A DNA stretch of 64,000 nucleotides from Verrucomicrobiota bacterium (GCA_047947115.1 CP170459.1:992001-1056000); one strand, 5' to 3'. Counted from the stretch's first letter, positions 21,072-31,855 are shown. The notes: a model not told the origin generated them from the sequence alone. Numbers and translations are program-made.

Positions 21072-21254
21072 CTAAGGGTGCCGGTTTTTGAATTGACTCG
21101 TGCGCCAAGATCCGAATTCCTGACGTTTCAAGAAACCACGCGACTCCAGACTTTCAATTCTTTCTCGAACTCGTTGAATTTGTTCCAATCTTTGAACCGG
21201 TCGTGAAGCGATACTGACTTGAACCGCCTCCGAAACTTGTTCAGAAATTTCCAA
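21072..21254 (-). CDS. Small hypothetical protein (~60 aa) coupled to the protease remnant
   Basis: TTG start overlaps the end of the upstream remnant; amphipathic helix RLEQIQRVRERIESLESRGFLKRQEF. Confidence 0.45.
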   Translation of the reverse strand: MEISEQVSEAVQVSIASRPVQRLEQIQRVRERIESLESRGFLKRQEFGSWRTSQFKNRHP

Positions 21255-21525
21255 AATTTCTTCTGTTATGCAAGAATGATCTGATGTCATGACGGTTGAT
21301 GTAATCAATGATGCAGTCGCTGTATGATCTGAGCTTTTCACGGAAATGTTTCTTTGTTGAGTAATCTTCCACTTTCAATCGAAGTTTTCCTTTAACGGTT
21401 TCTACCCCTATCATTCGGCCATGTGAGTGCCACATTTGATTGTTCGACAGCAAATTGGCTATGTCCTCGGCGCGTTCCTGTTTTTCTTGGACTGTTACTT
21501 CACTCCCTTTATTGCCTAGGTTCAA
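21241..21525 (-). pseudogene. 3' remnant of an SDH/ClpP-like (S49-type) serine protease gene
   Basis: RAEDIANLLSNNQMWHSHGRMIG...LRLKVEDY resembles the C-terminus of that family; the N-terminal catalytic part is absent. Confidence 0.55.
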
Positions 21526-21581
21526 TTAAGGTCATTTTTTTCTAGTTCACCCAGTTCGATCCCAATTTCCATGCGCCACCT

Positions 21582-22013
21582 TCATTGTGTAACAGGCGCA
21601 TTTGTAAATTCCAAAAGCTTTAACTCATCCACGAGGTTCTTCATTGATGGGAGGTCTCCGTCCTGCAGATACCTAACACCTTTTTTCTTTGAATCTTCAG
21701 GGAAATGATCGGTCATCATTTTATTAAGTAGAATCAACTCTGACCATGTTGAATTCAGTTGTCCGTTTTTTCTGAATTCCTTTTTGAACCATATTGTTTT
21801 TTCTGTGATGACTTCCCATTTCCGGTTGTCCGTAAAAGTTTGTATTAGACTTCGTTCCGAGATTTCCGAATACGAAAAGATTCCAAGAAATGAATAAACA
21901 TTCTTACTATCTCCGGTCATCAGATCAATACAGTAGACTCTCTTGTATGTAAAAAATGCTGATAACATCAACAATAACAATGTCACCAAAATTATTCGCA
22001 TCGTTTTATTCAC
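21582..22013 (-). CDS. Candidate Rhs immunity protein with an N-terminal membrane anchor
   Basis: Overlaps the Rhs stop by 8 nt; AT-rich; hydrophobic IILVTLLLLMLSAFF. Confidence 0.65.
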   Translation of the reverse strand: MNKTMRIILVTLLLLMLSAFFTYKRVYCIDLMTGDSKNVYSFLGIFSYSEISERSLIQTFTDNRKWEVITEKTIWFKKEFRKNGQLNSTWSELILLNKMMTDHFPEDSKKKGVRYLQDGDLPSMKNLVDELKLLEFTNAPVTQ

Positions 22014-25000
22014 AGCCTATCCCTTTCGCTGCTGCCTTAAAGTGGGAAAAACCCTCAACAGGATTATCAAATAAGATTTCCAGGGTATGTGCATTGTTCC
22101 AAGGATCGCCTGACTCCCCATCATCCGTGCCAACCAAATGGGATAATTCATGGAATACCACTTCTCCTAATTTTGGAAAATTTAGTGAATCCCCTTGATA
22201 TCCCCCCCAGTTCATATTGTCGTTGAGTTTTAGCTCATCATCATACAACCAAGGCACAGGACTTTTCCAAGCTGTCGCCACTATACTTGAGGCTGTAGTA
22301 TTATGATAGATTTCCAAGTTATTGCCTGAATCTATGTCATTTCTTAAAGCTATCATAAGATTTTTAAGTTGATTCAATTTTTCATTAGCACATCCGCAAT
22401 TACCAATACGCTCTTGTAATAGTTCATTAACTTCTCCAATAATTCTTACAGCCGCGGATCTCGCCGAATTAATCGCATTCGTCACTTTATTTTTTTCACT
22501 TTGAGTCCAAGCACCCTTCCATTGTAATGTGTAGAGCCCGATAATATCTAGGTTATTAATTGGATCGTTCTCTACGAATCCGTATAGATTATTCCCACCT
22601 TCCTCTTCACTAGGATCCCTAGATAGCCACCTATTCAGTTTGGGGTCAAAATGTCTTAGACCATAATAATTATACCCCGTCTCTACATCTACATATTTGG
22701 TCGAAAATCCAAACGGCATGTGCTTCATGGCTTCTTTAACTTGTCCTCCATTAGTCAATTTTCCAGAAGGATCATACTCCATGCTCCATAAAGCTACAGA
22801 CTCATCCACATCCACATATTGAACGACATTCCCGTTTCCATCATAAAGCGCATAGGCGGATGTTTCTTCTTGATAATTTCGGCTGGCTATGAGGCCACCA
22901 ACACCTCCGGCCCCCTGTAAGCTGCCACTCACATCCAATCCCCAAAGGTGGTTTCTTAATAGTCTTCCATCTGCATCAAGCTCGGCCAAGATGTTCCAAC
23001 CATCATAGACGAAGTGGATCACGGAAGCCTCTTTCCATCCCTTTTTCCGCTTCAGCGATTCAAAAAAATTTTTTCTGATCCGGCGCCCTTGAGGGTCATA
23101 CCGAAATTCCAGACGTTTGGATGCATCTTTTGCCTCCATGGCAACCAGCCGGTTTTCACCATTCCACTCATATCGCCATGTAGCATCTTCCAACAAATTT
23201 CCGTCCGGATCGTGACGAAACCGTGTCACTCGGTTCGGCTTACTCCTGGTTTTACTGCTTTTGTATTGATTGAGAAGTTTGGTCTCGTAGTCGGTATCCT
23301 TGCCGGATTCCATTACTTTTTGGCGATTGCCGATGTCGTCAAACAGGTAAGTATATTGGTCAATTAACGCGCCACTATTATTAGTCCGCTCTCCTGAAAC
23401 AAGCTGGCCAATCGGATCATACTCATACGCCCATGACTCACCAGAGGCTCCTTCAACGGAGACTCTTTGATTGGCCAAATTATAGCTATAATCATGTGAA
23501 CTCAAGAGTGAACCATCCCTTGTTCTGTGGGTGGTGGTACTTAACAGGCGTCCCAGTCGGTCACGTGTTTTTTTGGTTCGCATCATTTCTTGACCATGGG
23601 TTCTGAATTCAACCTGCTCGATATGTGGACTGTTTTCAAGGTAATCATAGGTAACTTCATGGCTTCCATCGGTCACACCGTTTAATTGACCTGCGGCATT
23701 GTAGCCATAATTAATATTCATTTCGTTTGTACCATCATTCCACCTATATCCACTTGGACGACCTGCCCAATCAAAATGTCTCGCCAACATGTGGGGTTTT
23801 AATCCGGGTTGGACCACCTTTGTTCCGGTCATTCTGCCAAGATTATCATATCGCATGGTCTGTTGATAATCATCACCCTGGTCCACATCCACACGTCTAC
23901 CCGCACGATCATGCTGATACCGAATGTCGGGTGTTATTTGATCCTGATAATCCACCAACACAAGTTCGCCTGCGTTGTTGTATTTGTATTCCGTACGAAG
24001 ACCTCGCGCCCATATGCGTTCCTTGAGACGTCCGGCGTTTGTGTAATTGTAATCGGGTCCTTGATTGTCTTGGAAACGTTTGGCCACAAGTTCGCCGCTT
24101 TTTGGATCATAGATCCATCGAGTCAAGGCCTTGCCCTCATCATGTTCAAAATCTTGCCATGTGGTCATGCTTGTCTTTCGTCCGGCATAATCATAACCGT
24201 AGGCAACTGGATATTGGCGACTTCCCCAGATCTGTTTGATTTCACCCGTAGGCCAGTAACTGTGATGGACCTGAGATCCGTCGGGTCTGGTTGTGGTAAG
24301 AAGACGATCCATCACATCATACACATAACGTGTCACAGGACGTTCTGCACCGGGTTCCGGAGCGGGTTGAATGATGGCGGTTTTTCTTCCTTGGGCATCG
24401 TATTCATATTCAGTGGTGCCAGCAAAGGCGTCTGTCTGAGCTACCAAACGATTTTGATCATCATAGCGATAATCCACACGGGTGATTCGTATACCATTGG
24501 GATCTTGCCTTTTCTCACTAATCAGTAAGTCCTGTTCGAAGGTCCGAATAGTTTCAGTTTTATCAGGGTGAACCGTGGTTTCGATCCGACGCGGATTGTC
24601 CGGATCCGTTTCCTGCCAAGTGGTCGTGCTTTGCCATTTTGTACGGGATGGATAGAGAGTTTGTTGTTGGATCAATCCATTGCCGGATACCAGGTTTTCA
24701 CTGACCAAAGTGGGTTTGCTACTTTCCTGTTCTTGCCACTGATAGTGTCGTGTTCGGTGGTAAAGCACACCTTTGATCAGGACGTCATCATACTCAGTGC
24801 GTTGAATACGATCAGGGCCAGCATAGTCAATACGACCATTACGGTTCATGTCAGTGGCTCTCTCTGTTTGCCGACCTTGATTATCAAAAGCATATAGAAC
24901 CGTTACTCCATCCGAATCGGTTTCCGCGACACGTTGTCCCAGATGATTATAAACAATCATGTTTGTGGCGCCATCAGCGCGTTCGGTCTTATAGCGGCGA

Positions 25001-27396
25001 TCAAGCATATCCCGAAATGTTTTGTTCCATTCCTGAGTCTCCCTGCCATTGTCATCGAGTTTGATCTTTTTTGTTGTTCGTGCCCAATGTGGCCCATCTC
25101 GCTCAATGGCGTATTCAAAACGAACTCCATGCACCGCGCTTCCACTGATCTCGAGTAGTTGACCATCTCGGGCTGTGTGTTCACTGCGCGTTTCACCGTC
25201 GGCTTGGATGTCAGTGCTTACCAAAAGGTCACTGGAAAAGTTAGTTTGTGTATTCCTTCCCCTATCCATAATGCGGCGTTTTTTACCGCGGAGATCATAT
25301 TCATTTTCCTCTAATGTTTCCAAATCTTGAGTGTTCTTGTTGAGTCGCTTCACACGCAACAAATCACCTGCTGCATTGAATCGATTGACCTTCATTTCTT
25401 TGGATGTAATCTCATAGATCGGACGTTTGAGTGCATCGTAAACAATGTTGGTCCATCGGCCTTGACGATCACGTCGTTGTTCGGGGCCGCAACATCCGTG
25501 GACGATCTTTTCGTACGTTCCGTCCAGGAAATCTTTACGCTCGGGCCTATGGAAGGCGTCATGTTCGCTGAATACTATGCGGTCTTTGATTTCATCCGTA
25601 CCGATGTCCTCAACCCGATGTTCCAGATCCTCTCCTGCTGCCCCCCGAATGGACAGGGTGCGTGTACCTTGAGTAATTTTTTCACTCTTCTCGTCCAACA
25701 CACCGCTCATGACGGTCCGGATACGATGTTCCCCTTCAATAGCATGCTCATAAAGTGTAACTGTTCCGTCGGGATATTCGATCCGGGTCAATTCGTTCTT
25801 GAACACGCCATCGAAGATTCGGAATGTTTTGGTCACCAAATTACTTGGATCATTCCACTCGGCTCCCTCCTGCGCACAACGAATTTCCCAATGCTCAGTT
25901 TCGGAATACAAGTGATAAGTGCGAGTCACCTCCTTGCCCTGAATAGTTTCTAAAATGAGACGAGGACGAGCAGACTCATGGCCAGTATCGAAGCTTCCTG
26001 TGGGCGCTTTATAACTGAAATGAATAACGCGTGCTTTGGTGACATCGGTTGTAGGAGCTTGGTTAAGCCAGGGGCCATACTCCCTGATACGCCTTCCTTG
26101 TTTGTCATATTCGTAGATATGCCAATTGCCATCAGGATAGATCACGGATTTCAGGTGGCCATAACCTGCGGCATTTGGATCAGAGATATACACCCGTTCA
26201 GTACGTTCCTCTTCAGGACCAGGATTTTTAATCTCACTAAGAAGGACCATTCGGCCATCATTTGGAAATGGTTTGCCATAGATGCGTTGTATACGTCGCA
26301 CCACTTCTCCGGTTTTGGGATCAAGGATTTCTTGCAGCTCGGTTTTTCGAGTGCGATCCTCATTCCATCGCACATGTTTGCGATCCTGGGTCAATCCGTC
26401 TCCCTTGGTCAGCGTCCATGCCTGGTCGGGTTCGGACCAGACATATTCATGTGTGATGGGCGGCGTGTCTTCCCCCATCCCCAGGACATGCTCCTCAATA
26501 CGCAAGCGCTCGTTGGATGGCTCTCGATCTGGATTGAATACTTTCCAAAAGTAGTGCGGAGGAGCATCCACTTCGTAAGTATCTCCTTTCCAACCGGTAA
26601 TTGCTTCGGGAGCATACAGTCGAAGCTCATAGCCAAAGGCGTCAATGGGCACAATATCCAACAGGCCGTCTTCACCACGAATTTGGCGTAGAGTCAAATC
26701 CTCCTGCCGCACAACATCTACATTCGAATCCTCTGGGAGAGCATAATTAAGGGATCTGGGTGAAGTTAGTAACGGTGAAGGAAGCTCTTCCCTAGTCCAT
26801 AGGAGGCCCTTGTGCACATCTGGGCCATCCAACAAAGAACTTTGGCCGAAACTGAGGCGCATACTCACACTACCATTATCAATCACCAAAACATTACCGG
26901 CATTGCAATAGGTACCCGAACCATACATCCCATTACAGGTGCCACCCAATACCCCTCCCACATCGGTTGCCATCACCCTCACAAGTGTATTAGGGCCAGG
27001 GCCTGCCGTTCCAGGACCTCCGACTCGCGCTACGGCCTGCTCATGTCCAAATGCATAAATGGTCAGCGTAGTATCACCACTCTCCACACCAGTGGAATCA
27101 TTTCGAATAATAGCACCGTGAACATCCACATAATCCCCTCCATCCAACGTATAAATCACCCTCACGCTCAAGGTATGAAGACAACATTCGACACCCAACC
27201 CATTGGTGAAATAACGTTGAAGTCGATCCTCATCCAGAATGGTCCACGTGGCCCCAATGGTCGGACAATCTTGCGCCCTGGATATTGTAGAACCACAAAT
27301 AGCCACGACCATTAAAACAATCCAAATGAATGGCGGCCAAGTTGCGATGAAGTTCTGGTAGATCTCAGTTTGATTTTGAATCGGTTGTTTGTTCAT
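22006..27396 (-). CDS. Rhs/YD-repeat polymorphic toxin with a C-terminal HExxH metallopeptidase tip
   Basis: YD repeats; core GFSTKYVDVETGYNYYGLRHF...RWLSRDP...GGNNLYGFVENDPINNLDIIGL; tip HELSHLVGTDD; probable start ATG 27396. Confidence 0.93.
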   Translation of the reverse strand: MNKQPIQNQTEIYQNFIATWPPFIWIVLMVVAICGSTISRAQDCPTIGATWTILDEDRLQRYFTNGLGVECCLHTLSVRVIYTLDGGDYVDVHGAIIRNDSTGVESGDTTLTIYAFGHEQAVARVGGPGTAGPGPNTLVRVMATDVGGVLGGTCNGMYGSGTYCNAGNVLVIDNGSVSMRLSFGQSSLLDGPDVHKGLLWTREELPSPLLTSPRSLNYALPEDSNVDVVRQEDLTLRQIRGEDGLLDIVPIDAFGYELRLYAPEAITGWKGDTYEVDAPPHYFWKVFNPDREPSNERLRIEEHVLGMGEDTPPITHEYVWSEPDQAWTLTKGDGLTQDRKHVRWNEDRTRKTELQEILDPKTGEVVRRIQRIYGKPFPNDGRMVLLSEIKNPGPEEERTERVYISDPNAAGYGHLKSVIYPDGNWHIYEYDKQGRRIREYGPWLNQAPTTDVTKARVIHFSYKAPTGSFDTGHESARPRLILETIQGKEVTRTYHLYSETEHWEIRCAQEGAEWNDPSNLVTKTFRIFDGVFKNELTRIEYPDGTVTLYEHAIEGEHRIRTVMSGVLDEKSEKITQGTRTLSIRGAAGEDLEHRVEDIGTDEIKDRIVFSEHDAFHRPERKDFLDGTYEKIVHGCCGPEQRRDRQGRWTNIVYDALKRPIYEITSKEMKVNRFNAAGDLLRVKRLNKNTQDLETLEENEYDLRGKKRRIMDRGRNTQTNFSSDLLVSTDIQADGETRSEHTARDGQLLEISGSAVHGVRFEYAIERDGPHWARTTKKIKLDDNGRETQEWNKTFRDMLDRRYKTERADGATNMIVYNHLGQRVAETDSDGVTVLYAFDNQGRQTERATDMNRNGRIDYAGPDRIQRTEYDDVLIKGVLYHRTRHYQWQEQESSKPTLVSENLVSGNGLIQQQTLYPSRTKWQSTTTWQETDPDNPRRIETTVHPDKTETIRTFEQDLLISEKRQDPNGIRITRVDYRYDDQNRLVAQTDAFAGTTEYEYDAQGRKTAIIQPAPEPGAERPVTRYVYDVMDRLLTTTRPDGSQVHHSYWPTGEIKQIWGSRQYPVAYGYDYAGRKTSMTTWQDFEHDEGKALTRWIYDPKSGELVAKRFQDNQGPDYNYTNAGRLKERIWARGLRTEYKYNNAGELVLVDYQDQITPDIRYQHDRAGRRVDVDQGDDYQQTMRYDNLGRMTGTKVVQPGLKPHMLARHFDWAGRPSGYRWNDGTNEMNINYGYNAAGQLNGVTDGSHEVTYDYLENSPHIEQVEFRTHGQEMMRTKKTRDRLGRLLSTTTHRTRDGSLLSSHDYSYNLANQRVSVEGASGESWAYEYDPIGQLVSGERTNNSGALIDQYTYLFDDIGNRQKVMESGKDTDYETKLLNQYKSSKTRSKPNRVTRFRHDPDGNLLEDATWRYEWNGENRLVAMEAKDASKRLEFRYDPQGRRIRKNFFESLKRKKGWKEASVIHFVYDGWNILAELDADGRLLRNHLWGLDVSGSLQGAGGVGGLIASRNYQEETSAYALYDGNGNVVQYVDVDESVALWSMEYDPSGKLTNGGQVKEAMKHMPFGFSTKYVDVETGYNYYGLRHFDPKLNRWLSRDPSEEEGGNNLYGFVENDPINNLDIIGLYTLQWKGAWTQSEKNKVTNAINSARSAAVRIIGEVNELLQERIGNCGCANEKLNQLKNLMIALRNDIDSGNNLEIYHNTTASSIVATAWKSPVPWLYDDELKLNDNMNWGGYQGDSLNFPKLGEVVFHELSHLVGTDDGESGDPWNNAHTLEILFDNPVEGFSHFKAAAKGIGCE

Positions 27397-27700
27397 ATTC
27401 GTTTTCAAATATTCTCTCAATGGCGATATTAGTGGAACCAGACATGTCGAGTAAAACACCCACGTTACTCTAATGTGTTAATGCGTAAAAAATTTAAGAA
27501 GGAGGTCAAAAATTCTATAAAAAATGAAACATTTAGTCAGGATGTCGGTTTTTAAGACCGAATGTCGCATTTTCGTTACTAGCCTTCCTGTGATAGGAAT
27601 ATGGTCGATAATATAAGCGACTAATTATGATATACCACTGAACCATTTTTCGCCTCTATAACCATAGTGAGAACTTCGTTTGATCAGAAAGTATATACCA

Positions 27701-28807
27701 TTATTTCCCACCCTGTCGGTAAACTTGACCTGGCAGCCGTTTGACCAAGCTTTTCAGTTCCATGGCCATCAGCAGGACAGATACTTTCTCCGCCGCCCAG
27801 CCGCTCCCACGGATCAGTTCATCCATGTGACATTCGTTGGCTTCCAGTAATCGCCATATGACGGCTTCTTCTTCGCTGACTGGCATGGTGGCGGGGGATG
27901 CTTGATCTGGTTGCGCGGAGTTTGCGGGGGCCGGGAAGAGGTATTCAAATTCTCCCAGAATGTCCTCCACGCTTTCACATAACTTGGCCCCGTTCTTGAT
28001 CAAAGCATGACACCCTTTGCTCCGCGGGGAATCAATCCGACCTGGAACAGCAAAGACTTGTCGTCCATAATCCACCGCCATGTTGGCCGTGATCAGTGCC
28101 CCGCTGGTTTTGTTGGCTTCGATGACGACTGTTCCAAGCGACATACCCGCCACGATCCGGTTGCGAATGGGAAAGGTCTGACGATCCGCATTTCGACCGA
28201 AGGGAAACTGGGTGATGACTGCACCCTGCCTGGTGATGTTTTCAAACAAGGACCGGTTTTCAGAAGGGTAAATGATATCCAAACCACACCCAACCACCGC
28301 GATCGTCCGACCGCCGCCTCTCAGACAACCCTGATGGGCCGCGGTATCAATCCCGCGTGCGCCCCCACTAATCATCGTGACTCCGGCGTGGGCAAGTTGA
28401 AAAGCGAGCTTTCGCGCCGTGTCCAAGCCATAGGGCGTCGTCATGCGGGAACCCACCATGGCCACTCCGTGATGATCTTTCTCCTCCAGGGTTCCCTGAA
28501 CATACAGAACGATGGGCGGATCATAGATTTCCTTCAACGCGTTCGGATAAATGGGATCCGCTGCCGTCACCACAAAACAGTCGTAGTCCTCAATACGTTC
28601 CAACTCCCTGGTCAAATCAATACGGTTTTCCCAGTCCGCAATCGTTTCAGCCGTATCAGGTCCGACACCTTGAACTCTTGCAAGTTTGTCCGCCGGGGCT
28701 TTCAGGATGCTTACCGGATCGCCCAACTGTTCCAACATGTGCCGAAACCGGATAGGCCCGACCTTCTCCAACATGTTCAATGCAATGCAAGCTTCGGTAG
28801 ATGTCAT
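27701..28807 (-). CDS. dprA: DNA-processing protein DprA
   Basis: DPPIVLY, VGSR, SGGARGID, FPIRNRIVAG, SGALITA and VFAVPG motifs; C-terminal winged helix. Confidence 0.96.
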   Translation of the reverse strand: MTSTEACIALNMLEKVGPIRFRHMLEQLGDPVSILKAPADKLARVQGVGPDTAETIADWENRIDLTRELERIEDYDCFVVTAADPIYPNALKEIYDPPIVLYVQGTLEEKDHHGVAMVGSRMTTPYGLDTARKLAFQLAHAGVTMISGGARGIDTAAHQGCLRGGGRTIAVVGCGLDIIYPSENRSLFENITRQGAVITQFPFGRNADRQTFPIRNRIVAGMSLGTVVIEANKTSGALITANMAVDYGRQVFAVPGRIDSPRSKGCHALIKNGAKLCESVEDILGEFEYLFPAPANSAQPDQASPATMPVSEEEAVIWRLLEANECHMDELIRGSGWAAEKVSVLLMAMELKSLVKRLPGQVYRQGGK

Positions 28808-28960
28808 GTCACCAAAAATCAAACAGGAGCAAGACGCTGATTTCAATCAAGCTTCATCCGGGACTCGCATTTTAAACTAGTACTCGAACGTCGCATTTTA
28901 ATAGGTCGATTCATGCGAAAATTTGCATTTGCGAAAAATGTTCTTACATTGTGAGAAAGT

Positions 28961-29515
28961 ATGGATGCAGCATTCAAGGAATGGGCAGTGGTTGTTGAGG
29001 CCATCGGTCGTGGGGATCAAATCGTGATCATGCGCAAAGGCGGGATTGATGAAGGAGAACATGGGTTCGAAATCAAGCATCGCAAATTTTGGCTGTTTCC
29101 GACCCAGTTTCATCAACAGCGGGACATGGTGTTAGCGGACGCTGCCAAAGCATGGCCAGCGAAAGCGTTGAAAGGCGATCAGGATAAAGCAAGCATCCAA
29201 TATGCCTGCGAGGTGGTCACACACATAGAACTCAACGGCATCGAACAGATCGCACGGCTGCGCGGTCAGCACATCTGGAAAGACGAGGTACTGATCAAAC
29301 GCATGACGTCCGGCGATCGTAACTGCCTCCACGCCTTGCTGGTGCGAACCTTTGCGTTGCCCAAACCGTCGAACATTCCCATGCACGACTCCTACGCCGG
29401 TTGTAAATCCTGGATTCAGCTCCAGTCAACGCCCAAGATTGACCTGCTGCAACCCGTTCTGGACAACGAGGCCTTCAAACTAAAAATTCATGCCTTCGAA
29501 AAATCCATCCAATGA
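28961..29515 (+). CDS. DUF1802 family protein
   Basis: AFKEWA...RKGGI.E...FWLFPTQFHQ...YAGCKSW. Confidence 0.88.
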   Translation: MDAAFKEWAVVVEAIGRGDQIVIMRKGGIDEGEHGFEIKHRKFWLFPTQFHQQRDMVLADAAKAWPAKALKGDQDKASIQYACEVVTHIELNGIEQIARLRGQHIWKDEVLIKRMTSGDRNCLHALLVRTFALPKPSNIPMHDSYAGCKSWIQLQSTPKIDLLQPVLDNEAFKLKIHAFEKSIQ

Positions 29516-30081
29516 AACAAAAACCCAAGATCATCCTTGCCTCTCAATCGCCTCGACGTCGTATGCTGCTGAAACGCTTGATGGCAAATTTTGAATGTGA
29601 GGTGGCGGAAATTGAGGAAACCGCCTCACGGCACCTCACGCCCAATGAAATTGCAAAGACCAATGCCCATCGCAAGGCGTTGGCCGTGGCCAAAAACCAT
29701 CCCAAGGCATTGGTGATCGGATCAGACACCGTAGTGGCGCTCGCATCCAAAACATTCGCCAAACCCAAAGATCTTCAGGAAGCTGCCGGATTCCTGAAAA
29801 AACTCTCAGGCAAAACGCATCAGGTGATCACCGGAGTCAGCCTGCTCAGCTTGGAACCATTCAAAGTAAAGCTGTTTTCCGAAACGACCCACGTCGGATT
29901 CCAAAAGCTCAACGACCAAAACATTCGTGAATACCTTTCCATGATCAATCCCCTCGACAAAGCCGGAGGCTACGCCATACAGGAACACGGCGAATGGATC
30001 ATCGGCGAAATCTTCGGATCCTACACCAACGTCGTCGGCCTCCCCATGGAACGGCTGCGCGAGGAACTCAAACTCTGGTGA
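29512..30081 (+). CDS. maf: Maf-like nucleoside triphosphate pyrophosphatase
   Basis: ILASQSPRR, GSDTVV, KP, DKAGGYAIQ and NVVGLP motifs. Confidence 0.95.
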   Translation: MKQKPKIILASQSPRRRMLLKRLMANFECEVAEIEETASRHLTPNEIAKTNAHRKALAVAKNHPKALVIGSDTVVALASKTFAKPKDLQEAAGFLKKLSGKTHQVITGVSLLSLEPFKVKLFSETTHVGFQKLNDQNIREYLSMINPLDKAGGYAIQEHGEWIIGEIFGSYTNVVGLPMERLREELKLW

Positions 30082-30547
30082 CTTTGGAACGGTCAAGCAC
30101 CCAAAGGAAGGTCGGCTCGTCTCGAGGCGCACCCTTGTGATATCCGGACTTTCAAATGCCACGACGGGGCGGTGGTGGAAGCTTGCTACTATTGCTTATC
30201 CATTGATTGATAAAGTGCAGGGTATGGATGCCACAAGGGTTCGCGTCTGGACGAAATGTTCTACCTTCCATCCGTTTCGATCAAATCATAAAATAGGGCA
30301 ACATGCTGACGCATGAACTCCCGGCCTTCTTCATCGACCTCCGCGACGGCAGTCAGGTGTTCCAATGCTTCACGGAATCCGAGAAATCGTTGGGTGGCAT
30401 CGCTAAACAAATCCGGTCCATAGGCCGTACGAATACGATCCAGTTTTATATTTAAAGTAGTGAGCGGATGTTGAATCGAACGTCTCTGCCGTCAGTGGCG
30501 TGCGATTCCTGAATTGACCTGAGGTTGGGTGGAGATAAACTGACGAT

Positions 30548-31855
30548 ATGCCAGAATTGACCAACCCCAAGCGTACCACCCGGACCCGTCGACAATTTAT
30601 CCAGACGGCCACTGCGGCAGCTGCCATCCTTTCCTCGACTGCCTGTCGAACCGTGAGCAGCACCAGAGCCAACAGCAGGATCAATCTGGGCGTTATCGGC
30701 ATCGGACCACGTTGTCGGACGGTTCTGGATGGCATGCTTCCATGGGACGACGTACGATGTGTGGCCATCGCCGACGTGCAGGCCTCACGCCGTTCACAAG
30801 GTAAACAAAAGGTGGATGACTTCTACGGCAACAAGGATTGCGTTCTTTACCATGATTTTCGTGATCTGTTGGCACGCGAGGATATCGATGCGGTCTTGAT
30901 TGCCACAGGCGATCGTTGGCATTCCTCCGCCTCGATTCTGGCAGCGGAGGCGGGTAAGGATGTTTACAGCGAGAAGCCCTGCGGCATCACGATCGATGCC
31001 TGTCAAAAACTGGAAACCGCCATTCTCAAACAAGGGCGCGTATTTCAAGCCGGCACCCAACGTCGCAGCATCCTCAATTTCCAAAAAGCGATTGAGATCG
31101 CCCGGAGCGGAAAGCTGGGAAAGATCCACACCATGCACGCTTCGATCTACGAACCCGTGCTTCAAAATACATGGTTACCTGCCGAACCCCAGCCCGAACC
31201 TGAAGTCTGTGACTGGAACATGTGGTTGGGCCCCGCAGCATGGCGTCCCTACAACCAACAATACGTTAACGGCCGGTGGCGCCGCGAATGGGATTTTGAT
31301 TCGGGTGGCGCGTTGCTCGATTGGGGCGCGCATACCCTGGACCTCTGCCAGGCCGCCAATAATGCGGATGATACCATGCCGGTCGAATACGAACCGCATG
31401 ATGACAAGATCATCTGTCGTTATGCCAATGGCGTAAAACTGGTTTTGGATTTCCTTAAAACTCCTTTTGGCGATCGCTCACCACATTACATCACCCGGCT
31501 CGGCACTTGTCCTGTCAGGTTCGTTGGCGATGAAGGCTGGGTGGAAACCGGTGACAGCGGGGAGATTGTGGTGAACCCCTCATCCCGTTATCAGGAACTC
31601 GTCGGAAATCTGGAACGCGTCAACGGACTCGGCGTCAGCAGTCATGCCCGCGATTTCTTCGATGCCATCCGTTCGCGCGGTACTACCCGAGCCAACGCCA
31701 CCGTGATGCGCCGTTCCCACATTGCATGTCATGCCGCCGCCATCTCGTGGATCCTCGGACGCACCTTGCGGATCGATCCAAACACGGACACCTTTATCAA
31801 CGACTCGGACGCGAATGGCCTTCGCTCACGCCCGGATCGTGATTGGATGATTTGA
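30548..31855 (+). CDS. Tat-exported Gfo/Idh/MocA oxidoreductase
   Basis: TRRQFI twin-arginine signal; GVIGIG, EKP, GTQRRS, WLGPA and DWGAH motifs. Confidence 0.92.
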   Translation: MPELTNPKRTTRTRRQFIQTATAAAAILSSTACRTVSSTRANSRINLGVIGIGPRCRTVLDGMLPWDDVRCVAIADVQASRRSQGKQKVDDFYGNKDCVLYHDFRDLLAREDIDAVLIATGDRWHSSASILAAEAGKDVYSEKPCGITIDACQKLETAILKQGRVFQAGTQRRSILNFQKAIEIARSGKLGKIHTMHASIYEPVLQNTWLPAEPQPEPEVCDWNMWLGPAAWRPYNQQYVNGRWRREWDFDSGGALLDWGAHTLDLCQAANNADDTMPVEYEPHDDKIICRYANGVKLVLDFLKTPFGDRSPHYITRLGTCPVRFVGDEGWVETGDSGEIVVNPSSRYQELVGNLERVNGLGVSSHARDFFDAIRSRGTTRANATVMRRSHIACHAAAISWILGRTLRIDPNTDTFINDSDANGLRSRPDRDWMI

